Assembly (NCBI RefSeq): GCF_964204645.1
Contig: NC_134031.1
Coordinates: 4,650,001 to 4,714,000 of the forward strand
Length of the DNA stretch: 64,000 bases
Source: Tubulanus polymorphus
Lineage: Eukaryota > Animalia > Nemertea
Direction: 5' to 3'
Positions 15,801-28,462 of this stretch are shown in pieces. Made by a program: the position numbers and the translations under genes. How positions within the stretch are numbered: position 1 is the first letter of the stretch; each line of letters starts with the position of its first letter. Under the pieces are notes generated by a model. That model saw nothing but the letters and a program-made list of their open reading frames with translations. It made no database searches and was not told the DNA's origin.

Positions 15801-18800
15801 ATTACAAGAGGTCTTAATACAGTTCATCGGAAACGATTCTTACATCGCGCGAATGAAGCCGCCTGTCACAATTTAACGCACCTTTTCAAAAAGAAAGGCC
15901 AGAGGAGGTCAGCGTCGTCGATCCACGCGCGGCGAATTTCCGCCTCAATCAAAAAATACGATTCATTATTTTCATTCATGAAAATCTCTGTTGTACATTG
16001 AGCATTTTCATGTCCGTGTGCGATCAATGGAAATATTGTCTCGTAAAAATTATAAGAAAACAAAATTCGCCCCGTTCGAAAAATAAATCTACGCTGAGTC
16101 ACTCGTACATAGCGCACGCAGCTTCTCGTGATTCCATATTTTCTAAATGTTTATACACAGCGATACTGATAGATAATACCGTCGAGATTCATAATCAGAC
16201 ATTGTCTGGGCTCTATATTGATCAAAGATTTCACTTACTGTCTTCTGTGTCCATCGTCGTGACGTGCATTTCGACGGCCGGATAACCGTCCAGGGCTGAA
16301 GGAACCTTTTTTCCAAAACATAATTTTCTTATTTACATTTCATTAGCCCGCGATTCGTGTACTCATCATACTAAAAATCAATTCCCGAAGTTCAACTTCG
16401 CCACACGCCTGAATCTTCGGCGTATTTCTAACTGATGTCCATGGAAGATGTGATGGCTTTTTTCTAAAATCTTTCGATATATACCCGTTGCATGTAGCAG
16501 TGTTAACGAAGAAATAGATTTACAACTTTATTCTATATTCGCAAAGCTAACAACGTCGTTAATACGCAAACATGCACGATTAATATATATCCACGATATG
16601 AATCGTCGAAACCATAAATGATCGAGTTCGTGATTGAATACTTCGTCCGATATATACGTAGTTCAACATCATGAGTGAGAAAGTGGTCAACAGATGAAAT
16701 GCACAATACAAAACCAGCCAACGGTTGTAAAAGCGAAGTTGTGATTTGTCAGCATTTTCATGATTTAATGCGTGGTTTCTAGCTAGAGATATATTGAGGT
16801 ATTGCAAACAACAAGGAACAAACTTAACAAGGAACCAACATCGCCATAAATGTAAACAACATTGATATAGTTTTTTTGTTCATAACGAGCGATGTGGGTA
16901 CTTTTCAATAAAAAGTGATACGCGCAGATAAAACTGCGATAAAAAATTCATTGTAAAAACGTTAATTGCACAGGATGTATTTCAAAGTCGATATTTCGAA
17001 ATGCTAAAAACAAAAGTCTAAAAAAACCCTTAACTAAAAATGTTTTGGTAAAGCCAGACTTGTTTAAGCGAAGTGACGTCGTTAGGAAAATAACTCATGT
17101 GTAAGAATTACATTAATATTTTTCAGGATATAACTAACCTTTCGTGTGTCGTTATTTTCAACTTGTATGAAAATTTCGTTGTGGAGGTACTATACTCCAT
17201 GTTTACCGCGCCAGAGAAAGAAGATCGGGCAAAACATACGTTCAAAGAGTCTCAAACTTGAATTGTATTAAACTCGCGGTGGGAAATATCAACTATCAGA
17301 TTCCCACTATGGCGGCAAACAAAGGTAAAATAGTTGATATATACTTCTTCGGGTCTAGCGTACTTCAAAGATAACGAATGATGCTCAGCGGCTCTCAGCG
17401 GTATAACGGAAACCTGTAACCTTCTTCCGCCTTGCCGGTGATATACGTTCGCGATTTTTTTATTGAGCTAATAATCTATTACTGGCCACCTGTTTTACTG
17501 ATGACAAGCAATTATTTCCGACGGAGCACATCCGACCGACGTTCATTAGACGAATTTGCACGGTCGAAGCAGACGTGTATTTCTACATGAAAGACGCGAC
17601 TGAATCTTCGCGCGTTGCGGAATCTGCGGTGATTGATCAGGTTGGGAAAAATATGAATTCATCGTCGGTAAAGATTCTCAAGTGGAACTGGTCGAGACTG
17701 GTCTGATGATAAGATTGTTTGACGCTGTGTTGATCGATAGTCGAGTTCTATGTTTCCAAACAACTAAACTGTATGAACAGCAAGTCTTTTATTCCAGCGC
17801 TAAGTCTCTGTGCATGGCAAAAGTATAACTACGTAACATATACCCACACAAATTGAAGCAGGTACGTCTTTAGACCGATGGCTTTTGCATTCGAAGAGCA
17901 TCGAGAATCCAATATCTAATCCGAGTTAGTGCTTACCAGTGGAATCGGCGTACTAATACCCGGATCCATGCGCTTTAAAACGAACATTGTTTGCTGTACA
18001 ATGCCATAGAAAACTTCCTCGTTACAAAATATACCGTAGACGAAAAAATAAACCCGAAATAAAGCTCACACGCGTAATTTTGAATCCAACCATTCGGGTC
18101 ATTCTGCGCATCTATTGTCGAGGAAACTCCTGATGGAAATATAGGTAAAATGCCGACAAGAGAATAGCTCTCCTATGTTGTAAAAATTGTACAGCACCGA
18201 AGGAAAACAGTGCCGCGACTACAAAATAACAGGATGTTTCAACAAATAACACATCCTGCAGGTAGTGAGGAGAACACAGCGAGTTATACCCTCTATACTC
18301 TACGATGTTTTGAGAAAATTCTACTCTAATTTAACTCAGGCATTATTTTTAATAGTATTTCAGCGCTTAGTGCAGAAACTAGGGAAACCTAGTACGTATA
18401 GTAACAAGGGAACATATTGCGAAAGTAAAAAAAATATGACATTTCGGGTTTGTTAACTTTATATGAGGAGCCTTCAGTTTTATGGATCAAAAAGCTGTTC
18501 AGCAATGAATTTGATTGGCAAGGTCAATTTCCGGTTTATATATAATGAACAACTGCGTATAGTTAAAGGTCATCGCGCAAAACCATTCATTTCAGATCGA
18601 AAATATTTGCCATTTTCAAAGTCAGATATAACGTATATATTACTTAGGTTCCTTAACGATATTTAATCCAATATAGAACCTGAAGCTGCATTCGTATATA
18701 CATTATATATATATATATACCTCAGAGCAAAATGATACCACAATTAACTCTATCAAAATAGATCGAATGCCTTTTTACCGACACATCGAAAATTCCATAA

Positions 18801-18874
18801 CTCATAATTATATGACTCATTGATGAGGAACCGGAGTAGTTTTCACTCGTCCACAACTAAATTTCATAGACTAG

Positions 18875-18977
18875 GATCCAGTTCCACATTTCGTTGTTAC
18901 ATTTCTAAAAATTTAAAATGAATAAATTTAAATCTTAGTATCAAACTTAACTGAGAAACTATATATGAAATTGGGTC
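18875..18977. mobile_element. Degenerate Harbinger-like MITE (family B related)
   Basis: Termini GATCCAGTTCCAC ... GAAATTGGGTC, flanked by TAG/CAG; the left terminus matches 60810-60917. Confidence 0.55.
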
Positions 18978-20677
18978 CAGAACGTTTTGACCCATTCGAA
19001 TTACTGCTTATTTGCCTACTAAGTGAATTGACCCGGATTAAAGTTAAAATTGGTCTGTAGATCTACCAGGAAGTTATGATCAATTTTATAAAATCGAATG
19101 CTTTTTATGGTGATCTAGTTAATACGACAATAGGTTTATGAATCTAATTAATGGGGGTTGATCACGATACCTGGTCGTGATTGAAGTTTTTCCCTGTGGA
19201 ACGGCTGACAAAACTGTAATTCATAACTCCACAAAACACGACTTCCCTGGTAATAGAGAACGAGAAATGAATTCAAAAAGTATTCGATTATACTTCGAGC
19301 AGCACGGCAGATGTATATGATGACATAGAATAAGGAGGAACACGACCTTGCAACGTGATAGACGCTTTGCAAACCACCTTAGGCACAAACATCTTTCTTC
19401 GCAAAGGATTCGAAACCCATATCACAACGATTGTGTTAAATACGGACGATTAGAATAATTCCTTTTTTACACATGATAAGTCTAACTTGTTTGGATAAGA
19501 AATGAAAGCTTGGCCCGAGAATTCCGTTTCATCGGTATCGGTAAACCTCTCAGTACAGGTGACCGATGAGAAAGTGAAATTGACACACAAAGCTGTTTAG
19601 ATAAGCGAGTGCGCTCTTCATAGAACAACAGTGTGCCGTACGCTGATAAAAAAAGCTCAGCATCACTTACTTCCCTAAATACTTGGGATTCTGTTGCAAG
19701 GTGAACTTGTTCCAAATTCAGATAACAAAAGGTTCATATAGGGGCATCTCTTAGTTATGCCTACAGCCAAATGTATTTTTGATACAGCGTACTGCTCATC
19801 CACTCTTACAGGAATTTGATCATGTATTTGGCCGTATTTTCTTAGCCCATGCATCATAACTGGGTTTGCCTAAATCTGGGCTTGCCTAAAAGCCACTTAC
19901 ATCTGCTGGCGACCCATGCTAAATAACCATAGTAGTTGAAACTGCTCAATTGACAAATCTACGTCTATTTCTATAAATTTTCATGAAATCAACATAGTCT
20001 ACACGATGAATTCTGTTGAAAAAGCCATCATATACAAAACGGGTGGAAATGAAGATAAAACCGAAACTATATGAGCTAAATGACAATTATTCATGGCAAT
20101 CTTGTCATGTTTGTGAACTTACTTAACCACGTGCATGGCACAATATCCGCGTTGTGTATGCGAGAAAAACAAACCCGCGAGACGCTAAAAACTAACTCTC
20201 ACTCGCCTCGCCGCCGCATTACCGCAAAACACAGCATCAACAGCGACGACGACTTGTCCCAGAAACAACTTGATAACCCAAATACATGATAATCTAATAA
20301 AGTTATGCCACTACGAATTACAAAACTTTTTTCAGGCGTCGTGATCGAGTTACGCGAGATGGAAAAAAAATCTCAGTGCGTTGATAAACAACATTTCTGT
20401 ACATTGTCTTTTATTTTACAGGCAAGCGGGCATCGGCCAGGTGAGAAGACAGTGGTGATGATAACCTCTAAATCGATAATTCCAAACTTTCCCCATACAA
20501 GCTACTTGCTTCGCAAACGCATTTCAATATACTCCTGATATCGCTTTTAAAAGTAATTTATTTTCAGATGGAAAAAGTAAACTCTCACGCAACCTAGAAA
20601 TAGGGAAATTGCACGATTAAGACTTCGATAGTCATATAGCTAAAACTCGACCGCCGATCACACAATTATATCTGTAA

Positions 20678-20749
20678 TTCGATTTCTGATTTCAAAACCA
20701 AACCCCCTGTTTCGCTCCTGGCAGGCGTGGTGGGTCTTTAAGGGACACT
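20678..20749 (-). repeat. Dispersed ~70-bp repeat, also at 52291-52363 and 52495-52551 (+)
   Basis: Reverse complement GTGTCCCTTAAAGACCCACCACGCCTG...GGGGGTTTGGTTTTGAAATCAGAAATCGAA closely matches the two copies near 52.3-52.5 kb. Confidence 0.85.
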
Positions 20750-20969
20750 CAATAGAAAAATCAAACGAAATTTACCAACCAAATAAATAACAGGGACAAT
20801 CCCTATTCTAAGATTAAAAAAAGTCACGTATTGCGGGAAATCAATAGAATACCAGCTTGCCAGGGGTCCGGCATCGCCCCCCGAACTCGATTCCATCAGC
20901 TTTAGCTTAGTGAGTTCGGATCCCTTGACGGATGAAGATGGGAAATACCGACGTACTATGTATACTTAC

Positions 20970-21243
20970 TTTCTACAGATGAAACAGCTTTTATGATACA
21001 AGGTCTTCTTCGCCCAGACTCGATCCAAACCGACGGAGAATCCGCACGCGGCACATTTCTCTTTATTACCATTGTTCAAAGAGTTTCTCCTCGTCACCGT
21101 GACGCGGTCGTTCGAGCCGCGTTTACCGTCCGGTCGACGTATCAGTGAAAACGATCGCTTTATGTTGTTCATATTAGGATCGAATCCCGCAGGTTGTAGG
21201 AGTTCTTCTAGTTCATTGTCCTGTTGTTGCACGTCCAAGGTCC
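20970..21243 (-). CDS. Internal exon of LIM-domain protein (first zinc finger and start of second)
   Basis: Acceptor ttttcag|GG (phase 1), donor AA|gtaagt (phase 2). Translates GTLDVQQ...KEKCAACGFSVGLDRVWAKKTLYHKSCFICRK = LIM pattern CxxC-x16-HxxCFxC. Downstream exons not located. Confidence 0.85.
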
Positions 21244-22227
21244 CTGAAAATACACGTATACTCAAGATATGTATATACATATATTTCGCAATCCACGAAA
21301 AGACAATGAAACTACTTTTTAGCACTAAGTTCGAAGTTCCCGTAATGATAACTAACTCACTTGAAAGAAATGCCTTAAATGGCGGTATAAAGCATCGTAG
21401 TTGGCAAAGTGTTGGCCATAAAAATGAAGCAGTAGGGTATATATTGAAATTCTATGTTTGCCATAGCCTCAAACCACAGGGTGTGTCAGCGTGTTCCACC
21501 CACGAAAAACCCCGATCCAGTAAGCCGCCAGAAACCGCAGACTGCTTTATTACATATAGGAAAACCCGGTGTCCTAGTTCTATACAGTATGAAAAAGGTG
21601 CGCAGGCTAAGATTGGGCACAGGACCAAGATGAGCTTAGCGTTGACTCCTCGTGCAACAGGCCCCATCAGAGTCCATAAATATTATAGTTTTCATTTCAC
21701 TTATTTCCGAAAAACCCAAGTCATTTACGCATGACAATAGTGCATAACAAATTTTAAACACAGGAGGAAAATAAGAAATATCATAATTGGGCCTCTAGTA
21801 AAAATATGCGAAAATCTTTCAGAGGATTTCCTAATAAATTATGTAAGTCCTAATGAGCTCGATATCGACCGACAAACGCGACGCTTTTACACCGTTTGCC
21901 GAATAGAATTATAAGCCGACAACTTAATGAAATCGTAATAATCAACACGACAATACATCTGTAGAATAAACATATCGAAATTATCGAATTATTCATTTAA
22001 GGTATGAAATATTTGGATTCTTAGAATAACTACAATCTGACTAATCATGAAACTTTGGTTTTCGCAGATTTCATCCAAAAACTATAAGATAGAGTTAAAC
22101 TATTGATTATAAAGCGAATTTATATGAGTCCGTGGTTAAACCACAAACCGTATCTGGGTCTAACAGCTTATCAAAACAAGTGGAAATACGTCTCAAGAAC
22201 CAATATTACGCCAGCGTATGCACCTAC

Positions 22228-22429
22228 CACATGTTGGCTCTGGTTCGGCCCCCGAACGACCGAAAATTGCTTTTTCGTATCCCTCGAACGGCGAACCGTA
22301 CCGGTTTATCGCCGGTGTTCTGCGCACGAAAACCGGACTTTTGGCCGCCCGACTAACGCGGTTAGTACGGGATGATGGCGGTGGCGGTGACAACGACGGC
22401 GGTGAGACTAATTTCTGGTAACGAGACAT
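22228..22429 (-). CDS. Alternative first coding exon (Pro/Ser-rich) of LIM gene
   Basis: ATG at 22429, 67 codons +1 nt (MSRYQKLVSPPSLSPPPPSS...EPEPTC); donor G|gtaggt in phase 1 matches the 21243 acceptor. Confidence 0.65.
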
Positions 22430-23951
22430 AATTATCTGCCGAGTTCCGAGCCGGCCGCTGCGTGTTGTCTGACACAATTCGATATAATCATAAAACTAAA
22501 AGCTTATAAGCGGCAACTGCATCCCCCGAATTGACGATTTCGGATATCGATAAACACGTGATGCTCATTTGACGACCTCAGGTGACGGACAAGTTCATCA
22601 CCTCGTAATACAACCGTTCGAACTTCAACACCGATCACAATAAATCCAAATACGAGTACGCGCTTATGAAATCTAGCCGACAAAACGTTAGTCTTTGTAT
22701 GGTGACTGTTTCAGTACTGTATCACTAGCCGGCTGTTTGTTCTAAATAGGTTTTCACGAGTCTTTACTTCCTGTTACTAACACACAGATAAATATATATG
22801 AATATGTTTCGCCCAGATTGTGCCAGCATCCTTTAACGTGAAAACCGTTTCCAAGTCAACGTTGGGACAGTAATTTATATCAGGAAACAACACGGGTCAT
22901 TACAATGGAAATGTTGGTTATGTTTCATTCCTGTATAATCAATCTATCATACTGTGTACGTATACTATTAGCTTTTTATATGATTCGACTAATAATTTCA
23001 AGTCAGTTACATCTTCTTCATTCAAATGACCTGATGTCTTGATATTTGGAAATAAATGAATTTTTAGAGATTGAAATAAAGCTCGAGATAAATAGCCATG
23101 GCGTCCATGAAGCTCGTCAGTTTCATTAAAACACCTACTTATCTATGACCAAAACTTTATCCCACTCGCTGTCTTTCTGTTTGAATTCTTTTGACATTTC
23201 GAGTGCTAAAACTAACGGACATATATATATAATAAACTTCGTCGCTAGTTTTTTTTCTAATCAAATTGAAAAGGCGCGGAGGAGTAAGACAGACTACGAA
23301 GCCAAATAATTGCTGCGCGAACTTACGATATTTTCCGACGCTTCCTAAATGAGTTTTGACTGATTTGCAAAACTTAAACTAAAGGCAACTTTAGAGAAAT
23401 AAAAAATGAATACAAACGTATTGATATTCTGGTATGAAGAACCACGCCTACGCCTTACCTGATACACTTCAGCTATAAATCCGATAGTTTATCGAATATA
23501 GGTGTTATCGGATCTCCAGCGATAACAACACAACGAAAACAAACCCTGGATATAAAAAGAAAAAACGCCGGGCAAAAACTGATGCATGACATTCACCATT
23601 TGTCAAGTGATAATTACCCACGCGCTTATGGAACATACGTTTGAGACCGTTATTACCGAGGTAATTAGAGGAAATTACCACACAAGTAGGACACTATTGG
23701 TTCCGTCTATACAGCGATACCAGAATCGACCGCGGATTATTTTTATTTCTCTCATTTCCTCGGAAAGTTTACCACCAGTGAAAGGAGTGTCATTCGTGTG
23801 TACTATCGAAAACGTCCGAAACGAGCGTAAATGCAGCTATCTTCTGCAGCCAGCGAAAAATGTCAGTTGTAGTACGATTAAACAGTAAATTCCGTATACC
23901 AAAAGTAATATCCCGAATCTAAGCGTTTTATTTTCAAAAGAAGCCTCTTAC

Positions 23952-23961
23952 CTTCTCCCAT
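23952..23961 (-). CDS. Possible 10-nt alternative first coding exon (MGE-G) of LIM gene
   Basis: ATG GGA GAA G|gtaaga: strong donor in phase 1; short enough to occur by chance. Confidence 0.3.
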
Positions 23962-24536
23962 CACAAGTATACTAATCTCAGTTTAACTCGTTTTAACTGA
24001 ATAAGGTTCCTTACGAGATGTTTCCATGACTATAAATTATCGCGTCCGGTATTTACACCGTTAAACCTCGTTATTTCTGCACTTTATGATAAATAATCAT
24101 CGACTCAATTCACCCCCTTTCCGAGGTAAATCAGTGCAGAGCGACCGGGGCTTTTTTTAAATAACACAAACCGATCGTTTCAAGACGGTCGAACGACCCA
24201 CCAAGATTTTACTATTTTCATAATTGATTAAATTTAGTAAATTATCAATCCCTCGTGTCGAAAACGAGTTGAATTAGGTAAATTACCTCTTATTATATAT
24301 TGAAGACGATACAATATGGTGGCTGATTCGGGCCACAAAATTTCAAATTCATTTTAGAAAAATCATGTTTAATATAAACAAAAGAATCGTAAAAACAACA
24401 AGTTTTGAAATCAAACTTTTTAGGTTCTTTTAGGTTTTTACTTGTTTTCCTGCCCTCAGAGTTGTGTTCGGCACCGTGCACCGAAATCAACATTTAGGTC
24501 CCGAAAACAACTTTTTAGGTTCTAATCTACTTGGAC

Positions 24537-24673
24537 CAGCGGTTGCATAGTCATGACTTAGACTTAAGTCCAGTGTTAGACAAACTTAGTTCTATAGCCT
24601 ATCTAACAACTTAAGTCCAGTCTTAAGATTTAAGACGGCTTTTGGACTTAAGCCATGACTGTGCAACTGGCCC
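24537..24673. mobile_element. Harbinger-like MITE family A
   Basis: Colinear with 40739-40876 (GTTGCATAGTCATG...CTTAGTTCTATAGCC...GACTGTGCAACTGGCCC); right flank CTG. Confidence 0.9.
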
Positions 24674-24784
24674 CTGGTCCAACTAGATTCGTGACTTTAA
24701 ACTACTCGCTCGGAATGTTATGAAGCGATCGCGTCCCCAGGGACTTAACTCTCAAATATTTCACCCAGAACATTTTTCGGTTAA

Positions 24785-24845
24785 AGTAATTTTAAGGACT
24801 TAAATAGATAAGAAATAAAAGTAATTTTAAGGACTTAAATAGATA
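24785..24845. repeat. Direct duplication of ~28 bp
   Basis: AAAGTAATTTTAAGGACTTAAATAGATA occurs twice. Confidence 0.9.
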
Positions 24846-25380
24846 TTGCCAGGACCTAAAAGTTGCAAACAGCGGACGCGGAAACAACTTTCTTTTTCAC
24901 CAGCACTTCTTTCAGCCGCCATAAGACAGACACTTCGAAGAATGAAAATGATACATCCGCACCATTATTATAGATGGAGTCTGCGTGTACGACGTAGCTA
25001 AATAACCGTATCGTGTACACGGCAAGGTTCATGATTCTATTATCGGCTTGATGATAATAAATCTTCTCTGGCGGAAGTAAAAGCCATGCTGTAATTACTA
25101 CAAAATCCAGGGGCCTGATTGCGATTGTTGAACGGGCCCTGAGTCCACCAGCCACACCCGTGTAAAAACCATAGAACAAACATGTGGTGATATCAGTTTT
25201 ACACGGAATGAGTTCAAATTGACACAATGCAACGAAAATGTTTAGCAATTTAATTATTTTAAAGCCATGAGTGCATGACACTTTGATGATATAAATAGAT
25301 CGACTCCAACAGTGGTTCAAACTTTTCAATAATCTCAATCTGCTTCGCGTTTGACCGATAAACCAGAGAAAAATGTTTCT

Positions 25381-25702
25381 AATAATATGATAATAATATG
25401 TGTCTTATATAGCACCAAATCCAGCTAGGCTAATCAGAGCGCTTTACATTTTTCGATATTATTACCCCGGCCATTCTATTACTCTAACATGTATCAGTCA
25501 TCTCTCCCTGGGGAGAAGTAACACCGAGCGGCTAACAAGCGTTCAGGAGTCATCTATCAGGCCAGGTACCCATTCACTCTAGGGTGGAGAGAGGCAATGA
25601 GGAAAAGTGTCTTGCCCGAGGACACTACGGCAATGACCGGCTACGAACCTACGACCTGGCTTCCCAGAGCCGAACGCTCTAACCACTCGGCCACACCGCT
25701 CC
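25381..25702 (-). mobile_element. tRNA-derived SINE, apparently full length
   Basis: Minus strand: GGAGCGGTG, A box TGGCCGAGTGG, B box GGTTCGTAGCC; central GTGTCCTCGGGCAAGACACTT...CTCTCCACCC...AATGGGTACC typical of metazoan SINE cores; 3' tail GTAAAGCGCT...CTATATAA then TAT repeats, resembling L2-type LINE tails. Confidence 0.88.
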
Positions 25703-25744
25703 AGTTCAAGGGATTCAAGAAAACATAATATTATCATATAATAC

Positions 25745-25886
25745 CTGTATATTTGATATAAATCGCTTTCCGTCTGTTGTACATTGAATTCAGCGATTTA
25801 GTCGGCATGTAAAATGTATCGTAGGTATCGGGATCTTTCTCGGGCCGGCCACACGCCATCCACATCAGCTGTTTCAACAATCCCAT
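25745..25886 (-). CDS. Alternative first coding exon of LIM gene (MGLLKQLMWMAC...)
   Basis: In-frame upstream TAA; ATG at 25886; 47 codons +1 nt; donor CAG|gtatt in phase 1 joining in frame to 21243 (…IYIKYT-G-TLDVQ). Confidence 0.65.
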
Positions 25887-27217
25887 ACTGATCCACAGCA
25901 ATTTCTTCCACGTTTTCAGCTTTTACGAATCTTCGCTCGACAACCGGGCGTCGAAGTTAATCTTTCGGGATACAAAGTGCCGAGGATGTTCACCGATGCC
26001 TCGTTGAATATTTTCAGGTAACAATTGGCGTTTTTCCCGCTTCTACTGCCGACGAAGAATAGTCGCAACAGAAAATTCATGACAGACGACCTAACATCGC
26101 TGAATTCACGAAACGAAATACTAACCGACGAACAACGAAACGCAAGGAAAACTTAATCACGAAATATAAATATCTGTCGCGGGGAGGACTGAAGACAGAC
26201 AATGAAAGAGTGAGTCATGTTTTGAAAAGAGGAACGTGCCCGGTATTGTTCATGACTGAACACTGACTGTCGTGTATAATACAGAACGCGAGATTGGGAA
26301 AGTGACCTCATCCTGATAAAAGCGGAACTCCACCCTTCGCCGGGACCTTTATCATAATAAGCCCATATCGTGAACACGTTTACATCTATGAGTCACAAAT
26401 ACAACTCAGATATATAAAAGACTAAACGAAATTTCAATGAACCAGCTGTCGGCTTCAGGGGACAAAATTAGAGCATTTGATATTATTATCAACAATTTTG
26501 CACGCGCGTTTCGGACAAAATAATGTAACCAAATACTTGATACGACGCCAGTAACCGACGCAAATCCCTGTCAGAAAAAAAAACAGACTGATAATTGTCA
26601 ACAGAAGCCATAAATTTCAACTTGTAGAATCTAAATTTGTAGCGACGACGATATGGGCGTCGTTGTCGTAAGAGAACAACAAAAATTTTGCAATTACTTT
26701 TTTTCTCGTTTGCATGTCGGTGATTCAATGTATTGCGTATAAACATCGATGTTGCGTGTGCTATTTAGAAATTACTCAGTACTTCACGAATATGAAAAAT
26801 TGATTTCACATCGCATTTTAAACAGTGTTCCGACGATGAACACCGCGATGCAATATGACAAACCAATATTATCGATGTATAGTGACTGTATGTACTATAT
26901 TCATAATAAACAAATAGCCGACACCCCTTATGTTTCTATACCGGCATGGTAGACCAATATGTTTACTAATCAAAATTCGATTTTCTATAAGATACAACCC
27001 AATCAAGATGATTCACGAAACCGATGAGTTATACTGTTATGACATTGACTATTTGCTTCCAGATATATATATGGACATTTTTGCCGATTTTCAATTCCTC
27101 AAATGCAGCCACAAGGTTCAGACAGCAGGCAAAAGTAAGTTCAAACAAAAGGTTTACCTCTATAAGTATAAAGCGAGACAATTTTATCGTAAAATACCAC
27201 GCGTACCAAAACAAAAG

Positions 27218-27275
27218 GAGCCGGTTTTATAGACTGGTATCACCTTTAACCCGGGGGGGGGGGGGCTAACCCGGT
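27218..27275. mobile_element. Half copy of MITE family C
   Basis: GAGCCGGTTTTATAGACTGGTATCACCTTTAACCCGGGG..GCTAAC matches the left arm of 56214-56318. Confidence 0.75.
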
Positions 27276-28462
27276 TGAAAATGAATTGACCGGTCCCTGT
27301 AGATTGTACCGCTACAGCTGTGACCCATAAGTTCCAGCGCATGATTTCGGACGAACCCGAAAGCACGCAGTGGGCTGGGATCGCTTTTTTGCCAGCGGAA
27401 CATTTAGCTTTTTATCAGAGGAGCCGTCTTCTATAAAGTCCGCAAGTACATACTGCTGACACCAGCAACGGAATCTCTCTGATTGAGCAATTCGGCTACG
27501 ACGCGAAATATCCGTAGAATTTTATCTTATGTGATAAAAAAAAAAGATTCCCGATGCCTGACTAAGCGGAAGATTATTTCCATCTTGTACTTCGCTACAA
27601 GAAATCGTCAGAAATAATGAAATAATGTATCATATAAAAGTCAAAAATCAAAATCAAAGTTTTTCTCATGCGTATTTGCAAATTGAAAGCATAAGATGAT
27701 TTATGATGAATATACGTATTCTGTTTGTTGATGATTCTCATAGGCTATGCACATACATATTTGCACAACTTACAGTCGGTAAATTTGCACACGTTGAAGT
27801 GAATTTGGCAGAAAACGAAACCTCTGATCAAAAATATCAGTACGTACCATATTTACATAAACAAAGCGACGCGGTCGATGTGTAAATGTATCTTTGCTCC
27901 CATCCTTGCTCTTTCTTTCGAAGCTCTCCAGACGAGCCGCATAACAACCATCGAATCATCTTCCACTTGCCCATGACGGCAACCGATACTCAGTTGCCCG
28001 GTTCTATAAATTCGCGTGTTGGCCGAGTCCGTATCCAGCGGTGGGCCTTACGCCGTTACCATCGCGATGACGATGGTCGTAAAACGCGTTAAAAACATCC
28101 CCGAGTCGCACACGCACGACGGTTGTTATTCGGATACAGTCGCGCTAGGTTTGTGATAATCCATCTATTGTAACTGCAATTATTTCTCGTATCATCGGCT
28201 GATGGCTACGTATGTCAGTGACAAATGTATCGATGCGTCGTTTTAACGATTACCAGTCACAATGACGGAAAGGTATACGACGGACGCATTAGCTTTCATT
28301 AATAATGCCACACGCGAGTCCCGAAATACCGCGAAAACGCTTGAAGACAAGCTGCCGTTGTTTATTCGTGAAAATATTCGCAATTTTAATGCACATTATA
28401 GTTTTTGAATAATAATTCATCCGTTTAATTCGTCATCCCAATGCAATACACCACAAACAAAG

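Noticed and set aside
19850-19901. Possible continuation of the LIM domain (K-CKWLLGKPRF...)
   Set aside because: The acceptor lacks a polypyrimidine tract and the frame stops before the final zinc ligands.
21072-21734. 220-aa plus-strand ORF
   Set aside because: Antisense shadow of the LIM exon plus intron/MITE sequence; non-ATG start, no motif.
25630-25702. tRNA gene
   Set aside because: A/B boxes are present but there is no complete cloverleaf; it is the SINE head.
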